From: Octopus vulgaris
Lineage: Eukaryota
Assembly: GCA_951406725.2 (NCBI GenBank)
Contig: OX597838.1
Coordinates: 18,290,001-18,354,000, forward strand
Direction: 5' to 3'
Length of the DNA stretch: 64,000 bases
A program made the position numbers and the translations under genes. The notes beneath the pieces are model-generated. The model saw nothing but the letters and a program-made list of their open reading frames with translations, was not told the DNA's origin and did no database searches. Shown one piece after another: positions 15,035-28,419 of this stretch (the first letter of the stretch is position 1; each line of letters begins with the position of its first letter).

Positions 15035-15400
15035 TTCCTTAGATATCGAGGATATTTCCAACAATCGTTGCTGTTCCTAACAACAGATTTCTGTATTAAT
15101 GCAATTACCATAGTAACTCTAATTTCAATAAAGAAGCTACCAAATCCGCGTTTGCAACGGTACTTAGGGCGCCTATGACTGCTGGGATTCTCTTCAGAAT
15201 CTTCGCATTTCCCATGCCAAGTCTTGGTTTTTTTTCTTTAACCGCCACATTCATAAATTCAGATAGAGTCACGTCTACGATGATTCACTCTTTTGATATC
15301 TTATCTAGAATGATAATATCTGGTCGTCTTAATGAATCGCAGATCGAGTCTGAAATATTGCCAAGCACTACTTGCACACGCCATATACACAATTCAGTGA
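15035..15400 (-). mobile_element. Second R4/Dong-like RLE and C-terminal remnant
   Basis: RRPDIIILDKISKE*IIVDV...IPAVIGALSTV...LLGTATIVGNILDI*. Confidence 0.75.
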
Positions 15401-15429
15401 GTCAAAAGTGAACCATCGTATTCTACAAA

Positions 15430-15840
15430 GGGTTAGAGAGGAATATGGTCATGGTGATGTTCTGGGAGCGATTCTGTGAGCTGATGAGAACAGTCCGAGT
15501 AGTTTCTTTTGAAGGACTTTCAGATAGGTACTACGAACGATGCTGCAGGAGTAATAACCTAAACAAACTCAATAAGTATTGCCGTGTCAGGGGCACCGGT
15601 TACCGAACCTGTCTGGGGTGCATTCAGAGTGACAAAACCGTCCGATTCTCACACGTTCGGTGACTGTGCATTGCTGGGTTATGTCAAAGAATTGTTTTCA
15701 CGTGCAAGACAGACCCGGTTGTCAGTTGAATCTATGTTGAAGAACAAACTACCGGCTTTCTTCAGCAAAAAGAGTAGGCACCCTTTCTTAATCCGGTGGC
15801 CATAATGAGGGAAATTGCGGGGTTGAAAGGTTTAAAGAAA
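15430..15840 (+). mobile_element. Tx1/L1-like LINE ORF2 C-terminal (zf-RVT-like) remnant
   Basis: GTGYRTCLGCIQSDKTV followed by LGYVKELFSRARQTRLSVESML; degenerate. Confidence 0.5.
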
Positions 15841-17442
15841 ATACTTTTTCTTTATATACAAGCCCTAATTAACTTCAAATACCACTAGAGGAGAAAGATG
15901 AGCAAAAATAAGGAAAGGCTGCTATACATTAAATTTTGTTAGAATTAACCAAATTGATGAGTCTAGATGGAGCCCAAATAAATGGGTGTAAGTTCCTGGA
16001 TGAACCTAGATGATAACTTTATATTTAGGATCAAGTCCTTAATTTTGAACCGTTTTGCTTAGTCATTTATAATAATGAAAGCGAAATTCTGTCGGTTCGT
16101 TTGAGACCCCTGTATATCTGGCTACATTTGCTCTAAATATACACTTTTCTGGAATCAGGATGATCCTGGGATTGAAAATCTGCCCTTCATTCGGTTCTTG
16201 AGCATCCAGCATTGGGATTTGACTTAAAAGCATTTGTGTTGCTATTTCTAGCAGGTATAGCTTGGCTGATTCACGCCATCTTGGTTGGCGTTTGTCAGAT
16301 AACGTCAGAGATCAAGAGGGAGATGAAGGACATTCGCTTCGTTAATTTTACGTCGAGATAGGAACTATCGGACAAATTAGCCAACAGTTGGAATTCAACT
16401 TGGGACTGGAACAATAGAATGATTTCATTACAGAATTAATTCTCATCCATCCTTAACCTCTGATCAAACATCACCAGGTCATATAGTCATTATAGACGGA
16501 TTACAGTCATGCTATTTAGCTCCCTTTAGTTTTGGGTCGAAGGCCCAATCAGCCCTCCACATGAGCTAGCTTATAAGTCAGCACGGAGTGCGGCTTTTAC
16601 ACTAGTATTTATTAAATCCAAGTTTTTGACGTCTTTATTGTTATTGCTGATCTCATAATTTTATTCCATACAATTCAATTCCCACGTCTCACTATTTCTT
16701 GCTCATTCTCTTCCTATGCATTTTAGTTTTGTAATGTCTCCAATGCTCTGGACACATGTAGTCAATAAAAAAAATTTGACGGAATTCAAATCTTGCCGAG
16801 ATCAGCTTCAGTATTGATAAAGCACCAGTCAAGTGCTGGGGTCGATGACAACGACTGACCACCTCCTATCTCAGCTACTGGCCTTCTGATTAGATCAGAG
16901 GCAGAATCGTGGGGATCGACTCATAGGTTTTGATAGGCTTGGGGCTACATTGGAATGCAGTTGCCCAAGATGCCACCCAGCGGAATAGAACCCGAAACGA
17001 TGTGGCTGAGAAGTAAACTTCTTACCACACAGCTACGCCTACGCCAATGTTTTAAACATTTTTAATTACTTTTTTTTCAATTTTAATTCCAGTTGTTGCT
17101 TAGGTGAAATCAACCAAGGGCAGATAACTTCTCTGTTACAATAATATTTCACCTTTCCACTGGACGTTGCTTCAGTGAAAACACACTAAATAATATCCGG
17201 TCGATTCTCTACTTTATGTCAAAGGGATTCTTGAAATATTGGCTTTGGGGTTGGAACTCCCTTCTGTCCGTTTTCTTCCTCAATAATTCTTAATCTTTCC
17301 TTCATTTCTCTGCTCCTTTCTTGTTTTCTTCTTTCTCGTTTTTATTATCTTTCTTCTCTCCCCACTCTCTTATTTTCGTTCTCCCACCCCCATCGTTTCT
17401 CTCTCCCTCACCCTTCTCCTTCCTACCCACTATATTCCCTTA

Positions 17443-17483
<41 letters not shown>

Positions 17484-18269
17484 CCTCTCCCCCTCTCTCT
17501 CTTTGCTCTGCTCTACCTCCCACTATTCCTCTTGATCTGCCATTTACTTCTTACCTCCCTCCATCGGTTTTTCTTATATTCGTACACACGACAAACTACC
17601 CCTATACACACATATACACACACTCGCATATACACTCATACATACACTCACACATACACACCCATACTTACACATAAACACAAACACACCCTCTTGCTTT
17701 ATCTCCCACCATCACCCGCTCACTCACATTATTTCTCTCTTTCCCTCTCTCACCATGTCTTCCTCTTTTCCTCTCGTTTTACTCCCACTTTCTCTACACT
17801 AACCTCTCTGTCACTATCCTCCTCCTCTCAGTTTCCGTCTACCAAGTCCACTCACAAGGCTTTGGTCGGCCCGGGGCCATAGTAGAAGACACTTGCCCAA
17901 GGTGCCACGCAGTGGGATTGAACCCGGAACCATGTGGTTGGTAAGCAAGTCACTTACCACACAGCCACTCCTGCGCCTACACATACACACACCCGTAAAC
18001 ACGTATGTACACGTACATATAGATACTATCATATACGCACACACATTCACACACGTATATAGTGACACGGACATAAACATACACATACACATACACAAAT
18101 ATATGCACACAAACTTACACATACATACAGATACGCACGCACACACACACACACATACACGCAATAAACACATTAACACAAACACGCACATGCACATAAT
18201 TTCTTTCAGTTTTTCTCTCCACCATCTCTCTACCTCCCTCCCCCACTCTCTCCCTCTATCACTCCCTCT

Positions 18270-18660
18270 CTCTCTCCGTCTCCCTCAACACCCTCCCTCT
18301 CCATCTCTCTCCCCTCCATCTTCGTCTCTCTCTCTCCTCTCTCTCCGTCTCTCTCTCCTCCCTCTCCGTCTCTCTCCCCATTCTCCGTCTCTCTCTCTTC
18401 CCACTCCGTCTCTATCTCCTCCATCTCCGTCTCCCTCTCACCTCCCTCTCCGTTTCTCTCTCCTCCCTCACCGTCTCTCTCTCCTCCCTCTCCGTCTCTC
18501 TCTCCCCTCTCCGTCTCTCTCTCCCCTCCCTCTCCGTCTCTCTCTCCCCCCTCTCCGTCTCTCCCCCCCTCTTCATCTCTCTCTCCCCCTTCTCGGTCTC
18601 TCTCTTCTCCCTCTCCGTCTCTCACTCCTCCCTCTCCGTCTCCCTCTGCTCCCGCTCTCT
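18270..18660. repeat. About 21-bp polypyrimidine minisatellite (CTCCTCCCTCTCCGTCTCTCT)n
   Basis: CCGTCTC recurs at about 21-bp spacing in a near pure-pyrimidine strand. Confidence 0.8.
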
Positions 18661-19273
18661 CTTCCGCTCTTTTCCTTCCTTCTCTTCCCTCTCTCTCTCT
18701 CTTACCACTCTCTCTCTTACCACTCTCTCTCTTACCACTCTCTCTCTCTCTCTTACCTCTCTCTCCTTCCCTCTCCCTCCCCTCGCGCTCTCTCCCCTTC
18801 CTCTATCTCCCCTCCGTCTCTCTCCCATCCCCCCTCTCCAGCTCTCTCCCTCTTTTACCCACTCACTCTATTTCCCTCTCTCTCTCTCTCTCTCATACAC
18901 ACTTGCACACACACGCACGCACGCACACACATACACTTCTTTTCCACTCTCAGAAAATACCTGTTACCCCATTCACCTTCCCTTAGCTTCTCTCCCCGCC
19001 TCTCCTTCTTTCTCTCCATCTTTCTCTCCTTCACTGTTATCCTCCCCACCTCTACCACCACCCACCACCCTGCCAAACCATCCCCCACACATTCCCTTCT
19101 TCCACCCTAACTTTATTCCTCTTTCTATTCTTTTCTTTTGTCTGTCAATCCTACAGTCACGTTATTTCACATTATATATACTCCTGTTCCATTTCCGAAG
19201 CTTATTTACACCCACGTACTCCATCCATCCATCTATCTATCTATCTATCTATCTATCCATCCATCCATCTATC

Positions 19274-19353
<80 letters not shown>

Positions 19354-19354
19354 G

Positions 19355-19459
<105 letters not shown>

Positions 19460-19460
19460 A

Positions 19461-19501
<41 letters not shown>

Positions 19502-19602
19502 CCCCCTCTCTCTCTTTCTCTCTCTCTCTCTCTATCTCTCTGTCTGCCTGGCTCTCTGTCATTCTAACTGTCTGTTTGACTTTCTGTGTGTGTGTATGTG
19601 TG

Positions 19603-19704
<102 letters not shown>

Positions 19705-20482
19705 AGTCTGTCCATGTGACTATCAGTCTGTGTGTCTGTCTGCCTGTCTGCTCACCCCTCCGTCTTTGTCTCTCTGACTCTCTCTCTCTCTCTCTCTCTT
19801 TCTCTCTGTCTCTCTCTCTCTATCTCCCTCTCTTCCTCAATACCCCTTTTCATACATAGACATCCATACACACATACACACATACACACATACACACACA
19901 CACGTGTGCATGTGCAAGTGCGCTCAATCTATGTTTAGTGCGTGCGCGCGCATGCATGCATGCATGCATGCGCGTATATCTGTGTTTGCACGCATGTGTA
20001 ATTGGACAAATGTGTGTCTCCTACAAGTGCACGCCACGTGCTATAAATCATAAAGCGAGTAGTTTCCCCACTTATTAGCACCAGCACCGGTGTGCATGCA
20101 GCTAGTTGCATCTAGCAACCGCCGCTGCAACGACTACCACAGCAGCGGCACCAACAGCAGCAGTAGAAGCAGCAGCAGCAGCAGGTGTAGCAGCTGCAAC
20201 AAAACAACAACATCATCAGCAGCAGCAGCAGCAGCAAAAGCAATGTACACTCAACATCAACAACGGTAATTCTCGTTCACCTTCGCTTCATCTTTTTTCT
20301 TCATCATCAGCATCATAGTCATCATTATAATCATCATCATCATCATCAGCAGCATCAGCAGCAGCAGCAGCAGCATCATCATGATCATCAACATCATCAT
20401 CACCACCACCATCATCACCATCTCTTCTTTTTTCTCCGTCATCATCATCATCATCGTCACCACCACCATCATCATCATCATG

Positions 20483-20513
<31 letters not shown>

Positions 20514-20592
20514 CCACCACCAAATACAGCACTACGTACAACCGCTCCGACGTTAGAAGCCTATATCTTGTTGCCATAGAAACCATTCAGAG

Positions 20593-20635
<43 letters not shown>

Positions 20636-20820
20636 GAGAGAAGCAGAGAGAAACAGAGACATTATGTGCCGGGATAGAGGGAGAGATAGAAAGGCAAAAA
20701 GAGTGTGGGAGAGAGTGAGAGAGATGATGAGGTAGAATGAAAGGGATGTGAATGAGAGAGAGAAGAGAGGTTGAATGAGGTAAACAAGAAGAGAGAAACA
20801 GAGAGAGAGAGAGGGAGACC

Positions 20821-20854
<34 letters not shown>

Positions 20855-20994
20855 GAAGCGGAGGCATAGAGGTAGATGCCAGGAGAGAGAGGGAGAGATG
20901 AGAATGCAGAAGGAGAGACGAGAAGGCAGAGGGAGAGAGAGATGGAGAGATGAAAGATAGGAAGGTAGATGGAGATAGAAACATATGAAGGCAG

Positions 20995-21058
<64 letters not shown>

Positions 21059-21203
21059 CAGAGAGAGACAGAGGGAGACAGAGAGAGACAGAGGGAGACA
21101 GAGAGAGAGAGAGAGATGGTGAGGTAGAATGGGAAGTCAGTGAATGAGAGAGAGATAAAGAGAGAGGGAGAGAGTGAGGTATGCAAAACAAAAGAAGCAG
21201 AGT

Positions 21204-21234
<31 letters not shown>

Positions 21235-21646
21235 AGAGAGCAGAAGAAAATAGGTAAAGAGAGAGATAGAGTGTGTTTGTGTGCGTGAGAGAGAGAGAGA
21301 GAGAGAAAGAGAGAAGAGAGAAAGACATACAGGAAGAGAAAGAGAAAGAGAGAGAGAGAATGTATGTATGTTTAAGTGTTTTAGGCCGCAGTGAACTTTA
21401 ATGTTTGGAATGTAACACGCGTAGATGCTGTAACAGCGATTACTATATGTTTCGAACGTAACACGTGACATTGTAACACCTGTGAACTCTGAAGTATATT
21501 AAGAATGTAACACACGACATAGCAGCAACTATGATATTTATAAGAAGTTTAGAATGTGACAGAGACACACATTGTTGTACCTGTGTTCTTTGGTAATACC
21601 ATAAGAATGTGACACACACATAGTTACAACCGTGTGCTGTATCATC

Positions 21647-21681
<35 letters not shown>

Positions 21682-21694
21682 GATAGATAGATAA

Positions 21695-21781
<87 letters not shown>

Positions 21782-21789
21782 TAAGAGCT

Positions 21790-22446
21790 GTGGCCTTTGT
21801 ATCATGGTGAGAATGCGAGACATAACACAGGTGATGCGATAGATTTCATCAGTGGTACCTCAGAAAGATCCTAAGAATCACTGATCAAGACAGAGTGACA
21901 AATGAAGACATTCTCCAAGCAGCAAGAATTGCATGCCCCTGAATGCAATTGTAACCAAATGATGAATGAGAATGGCTGGACACACACTAAGGCTGCCAGA
22001 AGCTTGCCAAAACAGCCATGGGCTGGATGCTGCTGGAAGGTAAGAGGAAAAGAGGCTGGCCAAGGAAGACATGGTGTAGTACCTTCAAAGAAGACCTGTA
22101 CAGAGTGAACATCACCTGGGAAGAAGCATACCGGTTAGCCAGAGATGGAGATAGTTGGCGATCACTGACCGCCCGATGTGATGTTCAATGGCACCAATGG
22201 ACGGAAGAAGAAGAAGAAGAAGAAGAAGAAGAAGAAGAAGAAGAAGAAGAAGAAGAAGAAGAAGAAGAAGAAGAAGAAGAAGAAGAAAATGAAGAAGAGC
22301 ATGAAGAAGAATATGAAGAAGAAGAAGAAGGAGGAGGAGTAGGAGAAGAAGAAGAAGAAGAAGAAGATGATGACGAAGAAGAAGAAAATGAAGAAGAATA
22401 TGAAAAAGAAGAAAAAGAAGGAGGAGGAGGAGCAGAAAATGAAGAA

Positions 22447-22481
<35 letters not shown>

Positions 22482-22577
22482 GGATGATGAGGATAATGAG
22501 GATGATGATGATGATAATGATGATGATGAAGAAGAAGAAGAAGAAGAAGAAGAAGTAGAAGAAAAAGAAGAAGAAGT

Positions 22578-22610
<33 letters not shown>

Positions 22611-22670
22611 AGAAGAAGAAGAAGAAGAAGAAGAAGAAGAAGAAGAAGAAGAAGAAGAAGAAGAAGAAGA
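21790..22670 (+). mobile_element. RTE-clade LINE 3' end with expanded (GAA)n tail
   Basis: RMAGHTLRLPE..AMGWMLLEGKRKRGWPRKTWCSTFKEDL...WRSLTARC, immediately followed by (GAA)n/(GAT)n from 22204. Confidence 0.8.
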
Positions 22671-23005
22671 ATTGTAATAGATGTGATACGTGAACCCTGA
22701 TGAGAATATAACACACTTTTGGTAACAGACGTGAACTCTGTCACATTTTGAAGGTGCAACAGAGCTGAAGTCTTTGTATCTCGGTGAGACAGTCTGTCAG
22801 CTGTTACCTCTGTAAATATTGTGACATATATTGATACAACAAGCTGTGAGATATGTAACTCATATAACTGGCTGGTCCTCCGTCGACTACGACGATGAGG
22901 GCTCCAGTTGATCCGATCAACGAAACAAACGGCTCGTGAAACCAACGTGCAAGTGGCTGAGCACTCCGCAGACACCCGTAACTTTTACGTAGTTCTCAGG
23001 GAGAA

Positions 23006-23442
23006 TTTACTCTTTTATACTCTTTTACTTGTTTCGGTCATTTGACTGCGGCCATACTGGAGCACTGCCTTTAGCCGAGCAAATCGACCCCAGGACTTAT
23101 TCTTTGTAAGCCTATCGGTCTTTTTTTGCCGAACCGCTAAGTTACGCTAAGTTACGGAAACGTAAACACACCAGCATCGGTTGTCAAGCGATGTTGGGGG
23201 GACAAACACAGACACACAAACATATACACACATATACATATATATGACGGGCTTCTTTCAATTTCCGTCTACCAAATCGACTCACAAGGCTTTGGTCGGT
23301 TCGAGGCTATCGTAGAAGACACTTGCCCAAGGTGCCACGCAGTTGGAATGAACCCAGGACCATGTGATTGCTAAGAAAGCTACTTATCACACAGCCACTC
23401 CTACGCCTATAGCTACTTACCACACAGCCACCTCTGCGCCTA
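23006..23442 (-). mobile_element. CORE-type SINE, full length
   Basis: Reverse complement of the 11751 family. Confidence 0.85.
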
Positions 23443-23847
23443 TGGCACAAATATTGTAAAAACTGTGTAATCTGCCAAGTGATGAGAATTACAACACCGA
23501 CTTTCAATGCCTGTATACAAAGCTGTGATATCTGCAACGTAGGTGAAAACGTAGCAGATGTCACCCATAAAACGGATGAATGTAACGTAGCTACAAAATG
23601 AGCCATGGAATATATAACAATACTAGCTTAAAAGCCACCTGATAGCGCGGCTTTTAACCTGGTATATAGCAAACAGATTTCTCACTGTCAGTTCTATATA
23701 TAAGAGATGAGGAATTGTGTACATTATTTGCATTATTTACATTCGACGGATATTTGTCCTCATCTTGTTTGTTGTTAACACAACGTTTCGGCTGATATAC
23801 CCTCCAGCCAAGATTCCGAGATCGATTCCAAGCAGTGACCTGAACAC

Positions 23848-23890
<43 letters not shown>

Positions 23891-23891
<1 letters not shown>

Positions 23892-24329
23892 CTCAATACC
23901 ATAGATTTGCTTGTCAGTTGTTTGACCTTAACCAGTTGAGCATGTCCCTTAGTGGCTGACGATATGTGCATCTCTGATCACGAGCAGAAGTAGTGGGGGA
24001 GCATCATAGCCATGTGTTGAGAGGGATTCTTTGGGGTTTGAATAATTCACCTCTGGAAACATGGGTGGTTCTTTCAACATCCTTAAACAACCCTTATTCA
24101 TTGACCTTTTGAGCGGGATGGGCTGCTCAACCTGAAGAAAATTCTAACTGGGCCCCACCTGCAAGGTCATGTGCTGTTTATCTTGATATGAGATCACCAT
24201 GTCGCGCACATATGGTTGTGATGCATGTGCCTGATGTACCCTTATCAGCTGGGTAGTCATGATGGGTATATTGGGCTTCGTATATTTTACCCCAGTGTCA
24301 CTTTGATGGCATGCACTGCTCTCTCACTC
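23891..24329 (+). mobile_element. Non-coding (AAT)n-embedded retro-like element, 5'-truncated copy
   Basis: Homologous to 39456-39964 on the minus strand, with the same 3' end ctctctcactc(aat)n and (AAT)n on both sides. Confidence 0.7.
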
Positions 24330-24382
<53 letters not shown>

Positions 24383-24443
24383 CAACAACAATAACATCGA
24401 AAAACACCTTAGGAATGAGAACTCAGGTTCGAAATTTCCCCAA

Positions 24444-24489
24444 GACACCTGAAGAAGGCTTGAGGGTATATCAGCCGAAACGTTGTATT
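24444..24489 (+). ncRNA. Minimal hammerhead motif, slightly decayed copy of the 56016 family
   Basis: GACAC CTGAAGA A GGCT...AGCC GAAAC GTT GTATT, with one mismatch each in stems I and II. Confidence 0.6.
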
Positions 24490-25092
24490 AACAACAATCA
24501 AGATGAGGACAATTATCCGTCGAATGTAAATAATGATAATAATGTAGATTTCTGACTTGTTTTGGAGAACTTACTGCAGTTTCTTCCTCCAGAGTCATGT
24601 CCCGATGATGATCATATTCGTCGCAAAAAATCACGTAAAAAATCGCCGAAAATAATCGTTGGATTTCGCAATTTCGATTATTCTCCGAATTTATTTCCAA
24701 GTTATAAAATTTATTATCGTGCAAAAAAAAAAATTCGTCGCAAAATTTCACGTAAAAAAAATCACCGAAAACAATTGCAGTAATGAAAACTTGGGAATAG
24801 AAAAATTTCAGGATTGTGGGTCTGGATTCGGCTCGGAATGTTTTTAATTTACTCACGGAGTCGGCCGGCCTGATTCCAGAATAGTATATGTTGGGCTACG
24901 ACCTCTAAGAGTAAAGTTGAAAAAGCGTGACACACTGACACACAGACGCACAGAATAACAGCAATCAAATAACGATAGCGGAGTGCACAGCAAACAGCAG
25001 GGATCTGACTGTCGCCTGTACTCTTGACAAGAGGTGCCAGTTAGTCTTTTACATCTACCAGCTCGTTCGTATTAATCCCGAGTTGCTGGATA

Positions 25093-25684
25093 ACGAAGGG
25101 TCGCTGACAATTTCCTGGCTTAAAGGGTACCGTGAAAGGCCTGGTTGGAGGCCCAACCTTCCGAGTTCTTTTACAGGGCTTAGTAAAACTGAGGGACCGT
25201 CGCGATAAGTGTGTGAATCTGAGAGGGGAATATCTCTCTATATATAAACGGCAGTTTGTCTGTGTGTGTTTCTGTGTGTCTGTCAGGTTGTACCCTCACC
25301 CTGACCACGGCTTTCAACCGATTCTGATGAAACTTGACACACACATAGCCCAATGTCATGATTCAAAACTAACGCAGCGAAAATTTTGAAATGTTCCCCC
25401 AGTTCTGAAAAAAATCCATAAATTCGACATGGGGTCGAGAATCAGAAACACAAACCACAGACTGTCTAGGGGACGCAACTCGACCTTTTTAACTAAAAAA
25501 AAATTTACCATTATTTTTTTTTCCATTTTTTGGCTATAACTCTCTAAAAATGCTTTATAGTTATTTCCCTTACAAACCCGAGCAACGCCGGGCGATACTG
25601 CTAGTGTTCAATAAAATCATAATTAACCGTCCTCTTGTATTTTCTTTTACCCAAAACCAGGAACTTTCCAGCACCCACCTCGTA
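25093..25684 (+). mobile_element. Mariner-derived MITE interrupted by a Helitron
   Basis: Imperfect TIRs acgaagggtcgctgacaatttcctgg / ccaggaactttccagcacccacctcgt. Removing the insert restores the transposase tail DKCVNLRGEY|VQ*. Confidence 0.7.
25233..25604 (+). mobile_element. Non-autonomous Helitron
   Basis: 5' TC, subterminal hairpin CCCG-agcaacgc-CGGG and 3' CTAG. Inserted between A25232 and T25605 with no TSD. Confidence 0.9.
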
Positions 25685-26001
25685 TATCAAGCCTGTTATG
25701 TTTACCTTAAATATTTATATGTAGGTTGATGTTTTGCACGGACGGTGTTGTATATTCCATTAACAGTTATATCGTGATGCTTCGGGAGATAGTAATTTAA
25801 TGATATTTTTTGGCAGTTTCTGAACATGTGTAACAACTTACATAAAAATAATGTGATATAATAGACATTTTCGATCGCATCTTGGGTGTTTAACTGCTTC
25901 GCTGTCACATTTATCTAATAGATATTTTGTAGCTAAATCCTACACATGAAGTGAAAGAGTACAACTTTCAAAATGTGATGATGTAACGGTCACGAGTGTA
26001 A

Positions 26002-26399
26002 GAGGAGTGGCTGTGTGGGAAGTAGCTTGCTTACCAGCCACATGGTTCCGCGTTCAGTCCCACTGCGCGACACCTTGGGCAAGTGTCTTCTACTATGGCC
26101 TCGAACCGACCAAAGCCTTGTGAGTGGATTTGGTAGACGGAAACTGAAAGAAGCCCGTCGTATATATGCATATGTATATGTGCGTGTGTGTGTGTGTGTT
26201 TGTGTCTGTGTTTGTCCCCCCAACATCGCTTGACAACCGATGCTGGTGTGTTTACGTCTCCGTAACTCAGCGGTTCGACAAAAGAGACCGATCGAATAAG
26301 TACTAGGCTTACAAAGAATAAGTCCTAGGGTCGATGTTCTCGACTAAAGGCGGTGCTCCAGCATAGCCGCAGTCACATGACTGAAACAAGTAAAAGAGT
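26002..26399 (+). mobile_element. CORE-type SINE, full length
   Basis: High identity to 11751-12184. Confidence 0.85.
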
Positions 26400-26479
26400 G
26401 AGGCGACACTTTACATCAATGTTAGCGCCATCCTCAAGTTGATGAGATATATCGATGCATAAATTTCTGGCACTTCGTT

Positions 26480-27140
26480 TTATCTTTTACTTGTTTCAGT
26501 CATTAGACTGCGGCCATGCTGGGGCACTACCCTGAAGAATTTTTAGTCGAATGAATTGACGCCAATAATATTTTTTAAGCCTGGTGTTCATTTTATCGGT
26601 GTCTTTTGCCGAACCGCGAATGTACAGGAACGTAAACACACCAACACCGATTGTCTGGCGGTGTGAGGGGTACAAACACAGACACAAAGATACACACATG
26701 CACACATATACGCGTGCACGCGCATACACACACATACGCGCGTGCACGCACACACACGCGCGCACACACGTATACGACAGGCTTTTTTCACTTTCCGTCT
26801 AACAAACCCACTCACAAGGCTTTTGCGAGCTCGAGGCTATAGCAGAAGACACTTGTCTAAAAGGCGGTGAGCTGGCAGAAACGTTAGCACGCCGGCGAAA
26901 TGCTTAGCGGTATTTCGTCTGCCGCAACGTTCTGAGTTCAAATTCCGCCGAGGTTGACTTTGCCTTTCAACCTTTCAGGGTCTATAAATTAAGTACCTTG
27001 TTTGTCCCCTCTGTGTTTAGCCGCTTGTGGGAAATAAAGAAATAAGAAGACACTTGCCCAAGGTGCCACTGAGTGGGACTGAACCTGGGACCATGTGGTT
27101 GGCAAGCGCACGTCTTGCCACACAGCCGCACTTGCGCCTA
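26480..27140 (-). mobile_element. CORE-type SINE interrupted by a Meta-type SINE (26860-27046, +)
   Basis: TSD agaagacacttg at 26844-26855 and 27045-27056. Confidence 0.8.
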
Positions 27141-28419
27141 TTATGTTAATTGTTTCTCACCAAATTTTTTGTTGAGACACGGTAGTCTATTCCACGATTG
27201 CATGGAACGTCTTCGAGAACTCAATACTCTTTGGGAAGTTCACGTCAGACCGGTAAGTTGTTGTTCTTCTCACTTTTCAATTCTTCCTTTTGCTGCGGTT
27301 ATTTGGTAACTGGCCGAGTGACACCAGGCGATACACAAATGTTTTCTGGACGGATCTTAAGGTTCTCACCATATTTTTCTTCCGAGACAGCGTCTATCAG
27401 TAACATATTTCCGGTTTTAATGTCTTCGAAAAAAATTCACCCCACCCTTAGACCAGTTACGTATCCCAGGTGTTGGTAGTAGAATTAGTAAGGCGTTAAG
27501 GAGTTACTCCAAAGAGTTTGGTATAACAGTCTTTAGTCGCTACCTTCGTTCATGGCAACTTTACGCGAAACGTTTCCATCAATAGCCAAGAATTGTAGCA
27601 TTCGTAGCGTGGAACAGGACAGACGAGAGAGTGACTATAGACATAAAATTTTGAGGTTTGAGAAGTAAATTTTCCACGTCAAATCTATCTCATAAGCAAT
27701 TCTTTTGGCCAAATTCCAACTCTATATCCATTTAAAATGTTCTTGCTAAATCCAGTGGTTTCTCAGAAATGTAAATATTTCCAGTATAGATCTTTAGATC
27801 GTCCGACGTAAATTATGGGTTACATTTATGTAACTTGGCACTAACATATAATTACTGGATTTTTGTCAAAGAAATTGAGTGGATTTGGTGCCAAAATAAA
27901 CAGAAGCACAGACAGGATGTCTCGTTGGAAGATTCCTTTGGAAATATTTATAACATAAATACATGTATATGTTTAATTTAATCTTCTTCTTTCACTGGTT
28001 TCGTTCATACAATTGTAGCCATGCTGGAGCAACACTGTCACTTATAATCTTCTCCAGTAAGTACTTATTTCAATCCGGTACTTTTTAATTATTACTTGGA
28101 TGCTTAATTAATATTTTGGGACAAAGGGACGCAATTGGAAGGTCTATTTACACTGGTATACAACGTACGCGTGCATACATTCACATACGTATGACAGGCG
28201 TACAAACAGTTTTTTTTTCTTTTTCATCAAATTTCACTCATAAATCGTTGGTCAACTGGAGTTTAGAGACAGCGAGATCGAACCCGGAGCAAAGTGCTTC
28301 AGAAGGAAAATTCTTACCCATAGGACTATTCTTGTATTTTGTATTCGTGTCATTTACATATATTTGGATGTCTGCATACACGCATATGTTCATCTGTACA
28401 CACAAACACACACGCACAT

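Larger units (their letters stand above)
23689..24548. mobile_element. Inverted-repeat, hammerhead-bearing (Penelope-derived?) non-autonomous element with central (AAT)n
   Basis: Left arm 23689-23809 is the reverse complement of right arm 24457-24548. Same architecture as 55115-56139. Confidence 0.75.

Noticed and set aside
17893-19110. 405-aa Leu/Ser/Pro ORF
   Set aside because: It starts in a SINE and runs through a polypyrimidine minisatellite that cannot contain stops.
20097-20318. Poly-Q/poly-A ORF behind CACGTG-TATAAA
   Set aside because: It is short, low-complexity CAG microsatellite with no further support.
22018-22677. 219-aa acidic protein ORF
   Set aside because: It is the RTE LINE C-terminus reading into its (GAA)n tail.
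27160-27480. Possible exon ending in CCG|GTAAGT, and a minus-strand open stretch
   Set aside because: There is no good acceptor, the minus frame is broken, and no homology was recognised.
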